Sequence record: MZ311863.1
DNA length: 64,000 bases
Strand: one strand, 5' to 3'
From: Escherichia phage vB_EcoM_LNA1
Below the pieces are notes generated by a model that was given only the letters and a program-made list of their open reading frames with translations, ran no database searches and was not told the origin of the DNA. This document shows, in pieces, positions 10,557-27,294 of this stretch. The translations under genes were made by a program, and so were the position numbers. Within the stretch, counting starts at the first letter, position 1; the number at the start of each line of letters is the position of its first letter.

Positions 10557-10588
10557 GGGGGAGACTTTAAAAGGTCTTCCCCTTTTTT
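10557..10588 (+). terminator. rho-independent terminator
   Basis: GGGGGAGAC / GTCTTCCCC 9-bp stem (one G.U), 8-nt loop, then TTTTTT. Confidence 0.7.
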
Positions 10589-10617
10589 GTTTCTTTTAAA
10601 AGTATTAAGGAATCACA

Positions 10618-11016
10618 ATGAAAACAGAATCTAGAGTAATTAACGGTAAGAAAGTGAATATCATTCTGCTTGGGGCAAGAGATGGTATTAAGATGTCTAT
10701 GAAGTTGGGTAAAATTGTTGTTCCAACTTTTGCACAGATGCTATCAAGTCTGACTGACAAGGGTAAGAAAGAAGCTCCAATGGTTCCATTTAAAGAGCTT
10801 GTTGAAGCTTGTTTTGACAGAATTGAAGAAATTAACCTTGAAGAAATGGCAACTCTGTTATTTCAAGGGGCAACTGTTGACGACTTCCCACTTAATATTG
10901 ATACGTACTTCCAAGCAAACTACGGTGAATTTATTGATTACTTAGCATTTGCGCTGGAGGCAAACTTCGGAAGTTTTTTCGAAGCAAGCATTTTCAAAAG
11001 CCTAACTTCTCAGTAA
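10618..11016 (+). CDS. tail assembly chaperone (gpG-like)
   Basis: 132-aa ORF upstream of tape measure; ends just after a TTTTTTC slippery heptamer. Confidence 0.5.
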   Translation: MKTESRVINGKKVNIILLGARDGIKMSMKLGKIVVPTFAQMLSSLTDKGKKEAPMVPFKELVEACFDRIEEINLEEMATLLFQGATVDDFPLNIDTYFQANYGEFIDYLAFALEANFGSFFEASIFKSLTSQ

Positions 11017-11257
11017 ACATGGGTAACACTCTACAGACACCACTAACTGATGCTGCTGTAGAGGCAACCTATGAAGAAGCAGACGAGATGAAATTTGTGC
11101 TTGCTATTTATGGTATGGAAGGGTGTAAAGAAACACTTGACCAACTCTTTGCTATGACATTCTCTGATTTATTATCATTGAGACAATTTCTTGAGATTCA
11201 GAGGTCGTATAAAGAGGAAATTGCTTACAACGAACTTAGAAGAGCAGGAAAAATGTA

Positions 11258-11258
<1 letters not shown>
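10618..11258 (+). CDS. tail assembly chaperone frameshift fusion product (gpGT-like), predicted
   Basis: Joining 10618..10979 to 10980..11258 after a -1 shift gives a continuous ~213-aa product; canonical position between tube and tape measure. Confidence 0.4.
10974..10980 (+). other. -1 programmed ribosomal frameshift slippery site (T TTT TTC)
   Basis: X XXY YYZ heptamer in the 0 frame of the chaperone ORF; the -1 frame is open from here through the downstream ORF 11019..11258. Confidence 0.5.
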
Positions 11259-19289
<8,031 letters not shown>

Positions 19290-19291
19290 TA

Positions 19292-20440
19292 ATGGCAGTA
19301 GGTGAAATTCAAATTAGTGCCTTGCCTCAAGCAGCCTTACCAATTGACCTTAGTGATATCTTCCATCTTAAACAGGGTATCGAGGATAAGAGATGCACTC
19401 TTGAGCAATTACTTGCTCCACACTCAAGCCTAAGAAATAACCCTCATGGTGTTACTAAGACACAAATTGGTTTAGATAACGTTATTAATGCTCTCCAGTT
19501 AGTTGCTGAAAATAACTTATCAGACATTGTTAATGTAGCTGAGGCAAGAGCAAATCTACAGATTATGTCTTCAGAAGAGGTTAATAATCTTATTCAACAA
19601 CATATTGATGATAAGAGCAACCCACACAATACCACTAAGGCACAGGTTGGGTTAAGTAATGTTCAGAACTGGGTGACATCTAACCTTTATAACGAGGATG
19701 CAGATAAGTATGCTACAGCAAGAGCAGTAAATAACTTGTACAAGGCTGTTCAGGCTTCTTATCCAGTAGGTACTATCCATCTCTCTATGAATCCTGCAAA
19801 CCCTTCTACATATTTAATTTGTGGAGGTACTTGGGAGTTAGTTTCAAAAGGAAGAGCACTTGTAGGTTATGATAGTGCTTCTAGGCCAGTTGGCTCAACG
19901 TTTGGTTCGCAGACTACTGCACTGACAGTTAACAACATTCCTGCACATACTCACTCAGTATACGTCACTGGTGGTGGTCACACACACGGTGCAACGGCCT
20001 CTATCAGTGCTTTTGACTACGGTACTAAAGGGACTACAACGTTTGACTATGGAACAAAGACTGTATCTACTTATGACTATGGTAACAGAACAACCAGTGC
20101 TGCTGGTTTAACACAAACAACATTCATTAATCGTGGTTATGCTGATGGTGGTTGGAGAGGTTTATCAGTTGAGGGGGCAAGCTATGACCCAAGAGCTACG
20201 CTGACAACAGCTAACAACCACACTCACTCTGTAGCAATTGGTGCGCATAATCACACAGTTGGTATTGGTGCTCACAGTCATTCTGTTGCAATTGGCTCCC
20301 ACAACCACTCAGCAACAGTAACAGTAACCGGAGCAGGTGAGCATTCGCACTCTGGCACAACTGGCACAACTGGTTCTGGTCAAGCATTTAGCGTTGAACA
20401 GCCATCCTTCGTATTGTATGTATGGCAGAGAACAGCTTAA
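19292..20440 (+). CDS. tail fibre protein with His-rich (HxH) C-terminal tip
   Basis: N-terminal repeated NPH..TK.Q.GL.NV motifs; FDYGTK triplet repeat; C-terminal HTHSV/AHNHTV/AHSHSV/SHNHS boxes and ...GSGQAFSV...W.RTA end shared with next gene. Confidence 0.6.
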   Translation: MAVGEIQISALPQAALPIDLSDIFHLKQGIEDKRCTLEQLLAPHSSLRNNPHGVTKTQIGLDNVINALQLVAENNLSDIVNVAEARANLQIMSSEEVNNLIQQHIDDKSNPHNTTKAQVGLSNVQNWVTSNLYNEDADKYATARAVNNLYKAVQASYPVGTIHLSMNPANPSTYLICGGTWELVSKGRALVGYDSASRPVGSTFGSQTTALTVNNIPAHTHSVYVTGGGHTHGATASISAFDYGTKGTTTFDYGTKTVSTYDYGNRTTSAAGLTQTTFINRGYADGGWRGLSVEGASYDPRATLTTANNHTHSVAIGAHNHTVGIGAHSHSVAIGSHNHSATVTVTGAGEHSHSGTTGTTGSGQAFSVEQPSFVLYVWQRTA

Positions 20441-20450
20441 TTTCTTTACA

Positions 20451-20470
20451 GGGGCTATACAGCCCCTTTT
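20451..20470 (+). terminator. rho-independent terminator
   Basis: GGGGCT-ATAC-AGCCCC hairpin followed by TTTT, 10 nt after fibre gene stop. Confidence 0.6.
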
Positions 20471-20486
20471 AAGAGGAAAATTTATA

Positions 20487-22838
20487 ATGGCAGATTACAA
20501 GTTGAGTGAATTAAACTCAATTGATACAATTCGTTCAGACGACCTCCTTCATGTCAGGGTTAAAAAGAGACCTGAAATGCTGGGCGATGAAGACCGTCGA
20601 ATGACCTATCAAGACTTCTTAGCATCTTTTAAACTAGAAAGATTTGTCCAGATTGCTGGTAGCACTATGACGGGTGACTTAGGAATTGTCAAGTTACTTT
20701 ATGGTGGTAAGGCAGTATTTGACCCTACAGGTGCTTCTGAGATTGCTGTTGGGGATGTTTTAAAGACTTTTAAAATCAACGCAAACGGCCTTAGACTAAC
20801 TATTGCAGATGCTTCAAGGTCAGCAACTGTTTATCATACTCTGAATAAGCCAAGTCCTAATGAACTTGGGATGAGAACTAATGAAGAGAATGACGCAAGA
20901 TACTCAAGATTAGCTGTAAATAACACATTTAGAGGTACTCAAGCTATTCTCTCTGACAATGAAGCTCTTATTGTTAAGAATATTACACAAGGAATGCCGC
21001 TGTATATTCGTGGTCAAGATGCAGATGGTACTAATAGGTGGTATCTAGGCAATGATAATAGGGGTACAGATAATCTGGTTATCAAAAATGTCAAATCCGG
21101 TGCGTATTTAGCTATTTTGGATAACCTAATCTCTGTGAACAAATCAATCCAAATCACTGGTCAAGTTCAACCTTCTAACTTCTCTAACTTAGATGCTAGA
21201 TACTTTACTCAGACAGCAGCTAATCAGAGATTTGCGCAGCTAGTTGGTAATAACACATTCAGTGGTTTAAACACATTCAACCAACTAAGTGTTTTCAAAA
21301 AAGATGGTGAAGCAATTAGGCTACAGAATGCCAATGCTGCACAACCATTGTACATTAAGGCGATTGATAGCACAGGTGTCAACAGATGGTACATTGGTAA
21401 TAGTAACGAAGGTGATAACGTAGCTCTAGAAAACTACAAAACTAGTGGCAAGATTACTGTAGGGACAAGTGTTAATATCAATAAAACACTAACTGTAACT
21501 GGTCAAGTTCAACCTTCTGACTGGACTAACATTGACTCTCGTTATGTTCTTATCGGTTCATACGCAAATCTTGCTAAGAAGAATGAAGCTAACACATTCA
21601 CTTTACAGCAGAATATTCAATCTGATGGTGAAGCATTAAGAATCTACAGCAAGGCTCAGAATAATTCTTCTTACATTGTTGGTAAGAATACTGATAACAC
21701 AAATAAGTGGTTTATCGGTTGTGGTACTAATGGTTCTGGTACGGCATCATTCCATAACTACTTGACTGGTGCAAGACTCGATTTAGCTGACGAAGTTCTT
21801 CTGTCTAAATCTCTACAGATTACTGGACAGGTAAAACCTTCTGATTGGTCTAACTTAGATGCTAGATACTTCACTCAGTCAGCAGCTAATCAGAGATTCA
21901 TGGTTGCAGGTTCTACAGGAGAAGCTACAGAGCAGAATGCAGATGGTGTGGCATGGAACGCTAAAACAGGCTTATATAATGTAACCTCAACAAATGCTGA
22001 TTACACAGCACTTGTGTTTCAAATGTATCAGGCGGTGCCATCTTCTACTGCCTGTGCGCAACTAAAGTTCCAGTATAAAAATGGTGGGATGTGGTACAGA
22101 ACATCTGTAGACAGTAAAGGTTTTGAGGCTAAGTGGTCTAAGGTTTACACAGAGGCTCAGAAGCCAACCCCTTCAGAGCTTGGTGCATACACTAAAACTG
22201 AAACTGACCAGAAGATTGCACAGGCAGTAAGTGACTCTACAGACCTTAACAAAATCTATCCAGTAGGTATTGTAACGTGGTTTAACAGTAATGTTGACCC
22301 TAATACAGCACTTCCTGGTCTAACTTGGACGTACCTCAACAATGGTGTTGGTAGAACTATCAGAATTGCAGCAGCAAACGGTTCAGATGTTGCTACAACT
22401 GGTGGTTCAGACTCTGTGACGTTAGCTGTTGGGAACTTGCCTTCACACACTCACAGTTTTTCTGCTACCACTTCATCTTTTAACTACGGTACAAAATACA
22501 CTAACACAACTGGTGCTCACGCTCACTCTGTAAGTGGCTATACTTCATCTGCTGGTCACCACAACCACGCTATCTCGTGGATTGGTCAGAACTCTACACA
22601 CTATTCTGGTGGTGGTGGTGGTAGAATCGGTACAGGTCCGGGTTACACTGATGGGGGTGGTGACCACGCGCATTCAATTAGTGGTACTGCCGCCTATGCT
22701 GGTGACCATGCTCACAGTGTTGGTATTGGTGCTCACAGCCACACAGTTAGTGGTAACACTGGTGGTACAGGTTCTGGTTCAGCATTTAGTGTTACTAACC
22801 AGTTCTACAAGTTAATGGCTTGGGTAAGAACTGCTTAA
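20487..22838 (+). CDS. long tail fibre protein with three ~110-aa tandem repeats and His-rich (HxH) tip
   Basis: Start moved to ATG at 20487 (AAGAGG SD); the track's upstream extension overlaps the previous gene and the terminator. Repeats at about 21153, 21495, 21819; C-terminal HxH boxes. Confidence 0.65.
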   Translation: MADYKLSELNSIDTIRSDDLLHVRVKKRPEMLGDEDRRMTYQDFLASFKLERFVQIAGSTMTGDLGIVKLLYGGKAVFDPTGASEIAVGDVLKTFKINANGLRLTIADASRSATVYHTLNKPSPNELGMRTNEENDARYSRLAVNNTFRGTQAILSDNEALIVKNITQGMPLYIRGQDADGTNRWYLGNDNRGTDNLVIKNVKSGAYLAILDNLISVNKSIQITGQVQPSNFSNLDARYFTQTAANQRFAQLVGNNTFSGLNTFNQLSVFKKDGEAIRLQNANAAQPLYIKAIDSTGVNRWYIGNSNEGDNVALENYKTSGKITVGTSVNINKTLTVTGQVQPSDWTNIDSRYVLIGSYANLAKKNEANTFTLQQNIQSDGEALRIYSKAQNNSSYIVGKNTDNTNKWFIGCGTNGSGTASFHNYLTGARLDLADEVLLSKSLQITGQVKPSDWSNLDARYFTQSAANQRFMVAGSTGEATEQNADGVAWNAKTGLYNVTSTNADYTALVFQMYQAVPSSTACAQLKFQYKNGGMWYRTSVDSKGFEAKWSKVYTEAQKPTPSELGAYTKTETDQKIAQAVSDSTDLNKIYPVGIVTWFNSNVDPNTALPGLTWTYLNNGVGRTIRIAAANGSDVATTGGSDSVTLAVGNLPSHTHSFSATTSSFNYGTKYTNTTGAHAHSVSGYTSSAGHHNHAISWIGQNSTHYSGGGGGRIGTGPGYTDGGGDHAHSISGTAAYAGDHAHSVGIGAHSHTVSGNTGGTGSGSAFSVTNQFYKLMAWVRTA

Positions 22839-22845
22839 TCCCTTA

Positions 22846-22874
22846 TTGACTGATTGTTAAGATGGTGTTAATAT
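22846..22874 (+). promoter_or_regulatory. sigma70-like promoter (TTGACT-N17-TAATAT)
   Basis: Hexamers read directly; 9-bp inverted repeat AAGATGGTG/CACCATCTT (22859..22867, 22891..22899) brackets the -10. Confidence 0.45.
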
Positions 22875-22917
22875 TCTTTATGGGTATTCTCACCATCTTG
22901 GCTGATGAGGTGATTAA

Positions 22918-23112
22918 ATGCCTACAATCCTAGCAATTCTTCTAAAAAATCTAGGTAGCTTCTTCTGGAAACTCATTTTATCCCTTCTGAGTGAATACAT
23001 GATTGAGAAAGTGTTCTTTAGGCTTGCAAGATATCTTGCGAGTAAAACAGACACACCTATTGATGATGAGTTCGTAGATAACTTAGAAAAAGCTTTTAAG
23101 GGGGAGAAATAA
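22918..23112 (+). CDS. small membrane protein (holin-like candidate)
   Basis: 64-aa ORF with hydrophobic N-terminal segment; downstream of tail fibres, own promoter. Confidence 0.3.
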   Translation: MPTILAILLKNLGSFFWKLILSLLSEYMIEKVFFRLARYLASKTDTPIDDEFVDNLEKAFKGEK

Positions 23113-23484
23113 ATGAAGTGGCTAGAGGAAGCTTTTAAAAATAATATTGGTGCAATTGTAGTTGGTATTTTTAGTGTTATTGGAATGTATACCACCATGC
23201 AAGTTTCGGAAGGTAAACAAGAAGTGTCTATCACAACAAAGTTACAGCAGTTAGATAATTATTCCAAAAGTAATTATTCAGCTATTCGTGATTTACAGTC
23301 TGATATGAGGCTGCTTCAGCTAGGGATGGAGAACCAGAAAGTCCAGTTAGAGAATGTTAAGGGTGAGAACGCAAAACTTACCAAAACCCTTGATAAATTC
23401 TCTGATAGCGTGAACAATCTGGCTCAATCAGTATCAGCCCTCCAAGCTATTACTGAAAAGAACACAAAGAATACTGAAAAGTAA
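23113..23484 (+). CDS. membrane-anchored coiled-coil protein (holin/spanin-like candidate)
   Basis: 123 aa; one N-terminal TM segment (IGAIVVGIFSVIGMY) then coiled coil. Confidence 0.3.
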   Translation: MKWLEEAFKNNIGAIVVGIFSVIGMYTTMQVSEGKQEVSITTKLQQLDNYSKSNYSAIRDLQSDMRLLQLGMENQKVQLENVKGENAKLTKTLDKFSDSVNNLAQSVSALQAITEKNTKNTEK

Positions 23485-23489
23485 AGTTT

Positions 23490-23518
23490 AAGGCTCCTTT
23501 TTACGGGAGCCTTTTTTG
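23490..23518. terminator. rho-independent terminator between convergent gene blocks
   Basis: GGCTCC / GGAGCC stem, loop TTTTTACG, then TTTTTT; sits between plus-strand structural block and minus-strand thyA. Confidence 0.65.
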
Positions 23519-23520
23519 TT

Positions 23521-24420
23521 TTATTTACCTACTGACAAAGGTGCTTCAATCTTTCCTGCATGTTGGTAGTTGTTAATTCCACCGATAAAGTCACTTGCAG
23601 TGAGATGTTTTAGGTCACTTAAAGTATTAAGTTGTAAACCAATCTCAAAAGTAGGTGCATGAAACTCTTCATTGTTCATCAGTTCATAAACCTGCTTCAT
23701 ATGATTCTGATAAATCTGAGTATCTCCAAAGACACCTATCAAGTACCGTGGAGTGTATCCAGTCATCTTACAAAGAACTTCCAGAATAAAACCATAAGAT
23801 GCAATATTAAACGGGAGTCCTAAAAAGGTGTCTACTGAACGTTGATACCATTGTAAGTCAACTTCACCTTCGTTAGTGATATAAATCTGAAACAGAACAT
23901 GACAAGGTGCTAAAGCCATTGAGTTAGCTGCAATATCTGCTGCATTCCAAGCATTAACAAGCATGTAACGGTCTGTGATATCACCTTTCATCTTCGTTAC
24001 TAAGGTCTCTAACTGGTCTACAACACAACCATTATGGCCTTCAAAGTTTCTCCACTGAACCCCGTAGATTCTCCCACCTGCATCTTCTAACCAATCTTGT
24101 TCAGAAGAATAGTTAGAGCTTAACCAGCGTTTAAAATCATCTGACCAGATAGTCCAGCGTTCTCCATCATTTTCACCCCAAGTACGGTAACGGAGTTCAC
24201 CAAGCTTATTCTCACCATTCAGGAACCATAAAGCTTCCCCAATAACTTGCCGTGTAAACACCTGTTTAGATGTTAAGAGTGGGAAACCAGTACGCATGTC
24301 AAAACGAAACTTCGGTGGAGCAAATGCAGAGATAACATCTCCAGTTCGTGTAGTACGCAGTTCACCAACTGATAAAACATGGTTCAGGATATTTTTGTAG
24401 CTTGTATCTGCTTGTGACAT
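23521..24420 (-). CDS. thyA: thymidylate synthase
   Basis: Motifs RIYGVQWRNF and active-site ALAPCHVLFQ (PCH cysteine); 299 aa. Confidence 0.85.
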   Translation of the reverse strand: MSQADTSYKNILNHVLSVGELRTTRTGDVISAFAPPKFRFDMRTGFPLLTSKQVFTRQVIGEALWFLNGENKLGELRYRTWGENDGERWTIWSDDFKRWLSSNYSSEQDWLEDAGGRIYGVQWRNFEGHNGCVVDQLETLVTKMKGDITDRYMLVNAWNAADIAANSMALAPCHVLFQIYITNEGEVDLQWYQRSVDTFLGLPFNIASYGFILEVLCKMTGYTPRYLIGVFGDTQIYQNHMKQVYELMNNEEFHAPTFEIGLQLNTLSDLKHLTASDFIGGINNYQHAGKIEAPLSVGK

Positions 24421-24421
24421 A

Positions 24422-24967
24422 TTAAAAGTGCCCTTTTACTTGTGGAACATAAATTTCAAAGGTTGCTTTACCATCCTCTGATGGTTTTGACTGTACCTTT
24501 GTAAATACACGGTTATCATACAGCTTCTCAAAGAAGTTTTCAAAAGGTAAATACACAGTGGCCTCTTCAGTAACTTTATGGAAAACAGTATGGAACACCA
24601 CACTAGCATACGGTAAAGCATTGACAAGGATACCTGCACCACCAATTACAAAGACATCTTCATCAATAGAGCTATCAAGATACTTCAAAAATGCTCCAAA
24701 TGACTCTTTACTGGCTTTAGCATACATTACATCATCTTTTCCAAAGTCTATGCCTAAGTATGGTACAGAATTTGTTAAGATGAGGTTTGCACGTTCTGGT
24801 AAAGGTTTACTACCCAGAGTCTTAAAAGTCTCATTACCCATAACTACTAAGTTATTTTTAGTGAGTCTCTTAAACTCTTGCATGTCCTGTTTGTGTCGAG
24901 GCCACGGCATACCAGTCGGTGTACCAAATTCACCGTTTTCACCACTTGCAAATATTAGTTTAATCAT
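24422..24967 (-). CDS. frd: dihydrofolate reductase
   Basis: VVMGNETFKTL and VIGGAGIL motifs typical of DHFR; 181 aa; adjacent to thyA. Confidence 0.8.
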   Translation of the reverse strand: MIKLIFASGENGEFGTPTGMPWPRHKQDMQEFKRLTKNNLVVMGNETFKTLGSKPLPERANLILTNSVPYLGIDFGKDDVMYAKASKESFGAFLKYLDSSIDEDVFVIGGAGILVNALPYASVVFHTVFHKVTEEATVYLPFENFFEKLYDNRVFTKVQSKPSEDGKATFEIYVPQVKGHF

Positions 24968-25224
24968 TTTGTAAACCCTTTCTTAATGAACCAGTTGATG
25001 ACACTCTTCACAAATTTACTACGATGGTAGATAAAATGTGGAGAGGGTTGGTATGAACCATAAGCCCAGAAAGCGATAATTTCATTACACCCTGTGCATC
25101 GGGTACTTTCTTCAGCAATATGACCGTTGACTATTTCACTTACCTCACCTTGTAAGTCTGTACACCCACAATGTGGACATCGGATAGGTGTTCCATCAGA
25201 CTCATAGCAGTGTTCAATTTTCAT
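24964..25224 (-). CDS. zinc-ribbon protein (hypothetical)
   Basis: 86 aa with CPHCGC ... CTGCNE cysteine pairs. Confidence 0.35.
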   Translation of the reverse strand: MKIEHCYESDGTPIRCPHCGCTDLQGEVSEIVNGHIAEESTRCTGCNEIIAFWAYGSYQPSPHFIYHRSKFVKSVINWFIKKGFTK

Positions 25225-25740
25225 TTATTTAACCTCAAAAACTGGCTCAAGAACCAATATAAAGTCTACACAGTCATCTTCTTCATCCAGAATACCATCA
25301 AAGTTCTTAGGAACGAAGTCGAAGAGGCTCATAACAAAGCAGTCAGAAGTGACCTTGATAGTCCCTCCCATGTTCTCTACAGTCAACACTGTACGACTTT
25401 CTTTTACCTCCCTCAGAAGATTACCCACAAAGTCGTCTAAGAAGTACTTCATCAGTGACTTGAAACCTTTAGGGTAATCTGTACCAGAGTATGTTTCAAT
25501 CTGAGGAACAAGCTCAACATTTATACTAGTCTTTGTTAAGAACGTTTTAGAGAACATACTATCAGGTAACTTACAAACAGTCTTTCCAGTACCTTCATGC
25601 TCAATCTCAACAAAACCAGCTTCGTCGCCACATGTAACTATTTTAAAAGATGCTTCATTCTCATACTGTGAAGCCATAAACTTTTTAAGCATCTCTTTAA
25701 GGAAGTCTGCATGAGCATCTTGTAAGAAGATATCAATCAT
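25225..25740 (-). CDS. hypothetical protein
   Basis: 171-aa ORF, coupled to neighbours. Confidence 0.35.
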   Translation of the reverse strand: MIDIFLQDAHADFLKEMLKKFMASQYENEASFKIVTCGDEAGFVEIEHEGTGKTVCKLPDSMFSKTFLTKTSINVELVPQIETYSGTDYPKGFKSLMKYFLDDFVGNLLREVKESRTVLTVENMGGTIKVTSDCFVMSLFDFVPKNFDGILDEEDDCVDFILVLEPVFEVK

Positions 25741-25753
25741 AGTTAATCACCTA

Positions 25754-26113
25754 TTATGGGAACAAACACTTAATGTCATCGTTTTTGAAAACAAAACTTG
25801 TGTAATTATGACCATCAACATCCAGCCAAACAGCCTGAACATCTACACCATCAAGATTTTGGTAAAGCTCTTTGATGAAGTGGTCTTTTACAATCTGACT
25901 GCTAGTTGTTTCCAGCTTAATATTTGAGATTGCTGAACCTACAGCCATATAGCCCATGACACGTTTCTTCTCAGTATGCTTAATCTTACCATCTTTGTAA
26001 GCCATAATGAGATTGGAAAGAATCTTCACACCATAATACTTTTCAAGGTGAGTAGGTACACCATAAAAGCCTAATGCGAAGTTTTCAGAGTGGATAATGT
26101 TTTCACGTTTCAT
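25754..26113 (-). CDS. hypothetical protein
   Basis: 119-aa ORF. Confidence 0.35.
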   Translation of the reverse strand: MKRENIIHSENFALGFYGVPTHLEKYYGVKILSNLIMAYKDGKIKHTEKKRVMGYMAVGSAISNIKLETTSSQIVKDHFIKELYQNLDGVDVQAVWLDVDGHNYTSFVFKNDDIKCLFP

Positions 26114-26114
26114 A

Positions 26115-26447
26115 TTAATCTACCAGCCTTAAATTAAAATTAACACCAAATTTTTCACATACTTCCAACATATACTCAAGGGAGACATTGCCAGTGAGGT
26201 GGATTATGTTGGATACACGAGCCTGAGAGATACCACAAATTTTAGCAACTTGCTCTTGAGAAAGACCTCTTGATTTAATCTCTCTCTTAAAACGATGTGC
26301 AACGAAGTCTCTCATTTCGTCTACATCCATTGGACAAATATAACTCTCCATTTCAGCCTCTCTGTCAGCCTCCCAATCATCTTGTGGAGCATAAGGGTCA
26401 AAAACCTCATTCATCTTTCTTCTTCTTCCGTTTGCGTGAAGTATCAA
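26115..26447 (-). CDS. HTH (XRE-like) DNA-binding protein
   Basis: C-terminal LSQEQVAKICGISQARVSNIIHLTGNVSLEYMLEVCEKFGV resembles Cro/C1-type HTH; acidic N-terminus. Confidence 0.45.
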   Translation of the reverse strand: MILHANGRRRKMNEVFDPYAPQDDWEADREAEMESYICPMDVDEMRDFVAHRFKREIKSRGLSQEQVAKICGISQARVSNIIHLTGNVSLEYMLEVCEKFGVNFNLRLVD

Positions 26448-26622
26448 TTAATGAATCTATGTTTGTAGCCCTAACCTTTTCACGTTCATCATTAAGATAA
26501 TCGTCAAGAGCCTTTTCAATCTGTGAATCATCTTGACAGATAACTGTAAAGACTGTAAAGCCGTCTGTATCATCAATTATCTTACCATAACCGCTTCTGG
26601 GATGTAACTTTTTAAGAGCCAT
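26407..26622 (-). CDS. hypothetical protein
   Basis: 71-aa ORF overlapping downstream gene start; basic C-terminus. Confidence 0.25.
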   Translation of the reverse strand: MALKKLHPRSGYGKIIDDTDGFTVFTVICQDDSQIEKALDDYLNDEREKVRATNIDSLIDTSRKRKKKKDE

Positions 26623-26623
26623 A

Positions 26624-27007
26624 TCAAATACCTGTGCAGCTTCTGTTTTCTAAGAAATACTCAACACCATACATAGCTTTTTGCATCAAATCTTCTTTAA
26701 ACTGGATACGATGGTTGAGCATAGCCTGTACATCAATATCATCACGGTGTTTCTCTTTAATGTTTGCAGATTGCAGGAAATACTCTGCAAGAACACGATA
26801 CTGGTAGTCAGTTACCTTATCAGTCATCTCTGTTAAAGACTCTTCAGAGGTTGGTTTAAGTAACTCACCATTAGCCAGAGCAACACCTTTAACAATCTGA
26901 CAAGTATCTTCTGGAACACCGGATAAGTCCACATTTGGGAGTTCTGTTGCATTGACTGGTAAATTCATTGCCATGACCATTGCAGCAGCTAATAAAATCT
27001 TTTTCAT
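26624..27007 (-). CDS. secreted/periplasmic protein (hypothetical)
   Basis: N-terminal signal-peptide-like MKKILLAAAMVMAMNLPVNA; 127 aa. Confidence 0.4.
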   Translation of the reverse strand: MKKILLAAAMVMAMNLPVNATELPNVDLSGVPEDTCQIVKGVALANGELLKPTSEESLTEMTDKVTDYQYRVLAEYFLQSANIKEKHRDDIDVQAMLNHRIQFKEDLMQKAMYGVEYFLENRSCTGI

Positions 27008-27294
27008 AATGACCTCAAAGTTATATTAAATTTTGTATTACGTTGAGTATAAAAATAAGCTATAACACCTGACTTGTCAACAGATTTTATAGCTTATTTG
27101 GCAGATTTTTTATAAGGCTACTGCCATCCTTCCATACCAAACCACACCAAACCCTGCCAAACCAGAGCCTACTAGACCATACCGAACCAAACATCACTTA
27201 AAAACCCTTTTAAAAGGCTCTTAAGTGATGCTGGTGAGTACCCGTTGGTTTATGCTGCTCAGTATACTCACCAGATTATCTATGTCAACAACTT

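Noticed and set aside
20337-20486. Upstream extension of the long tail-fibre ORF to 20337
   Set aside because: The extension overlaps the preceding fibre gene and runs through a terminator hairpin; an ATG at 20487 with AAGAGG SD is the more plausible start.
26115-26447. XRE-type HTH protein as a lysogeny repressor (temperate lifestyle)
   Set aside because: No integrase, excisionase or attachment site is visible and the genome carries extensive nucleotide-metabolism and lytic-phage-type genes; the HTH protein is more likely a transcriptional regulator of a virulent phage.
27008-27294. tRNA genes in the larger intergenic regions (27008..27294, 32966..33223, 47938..48099)
   Set aside because: No GTTCGAATC-type T-loop with matching acceptor stem could be found by eye; the hairpins present are better explained as terminator or intron structures. 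A tRNA scan would be needed to exclude them formally.
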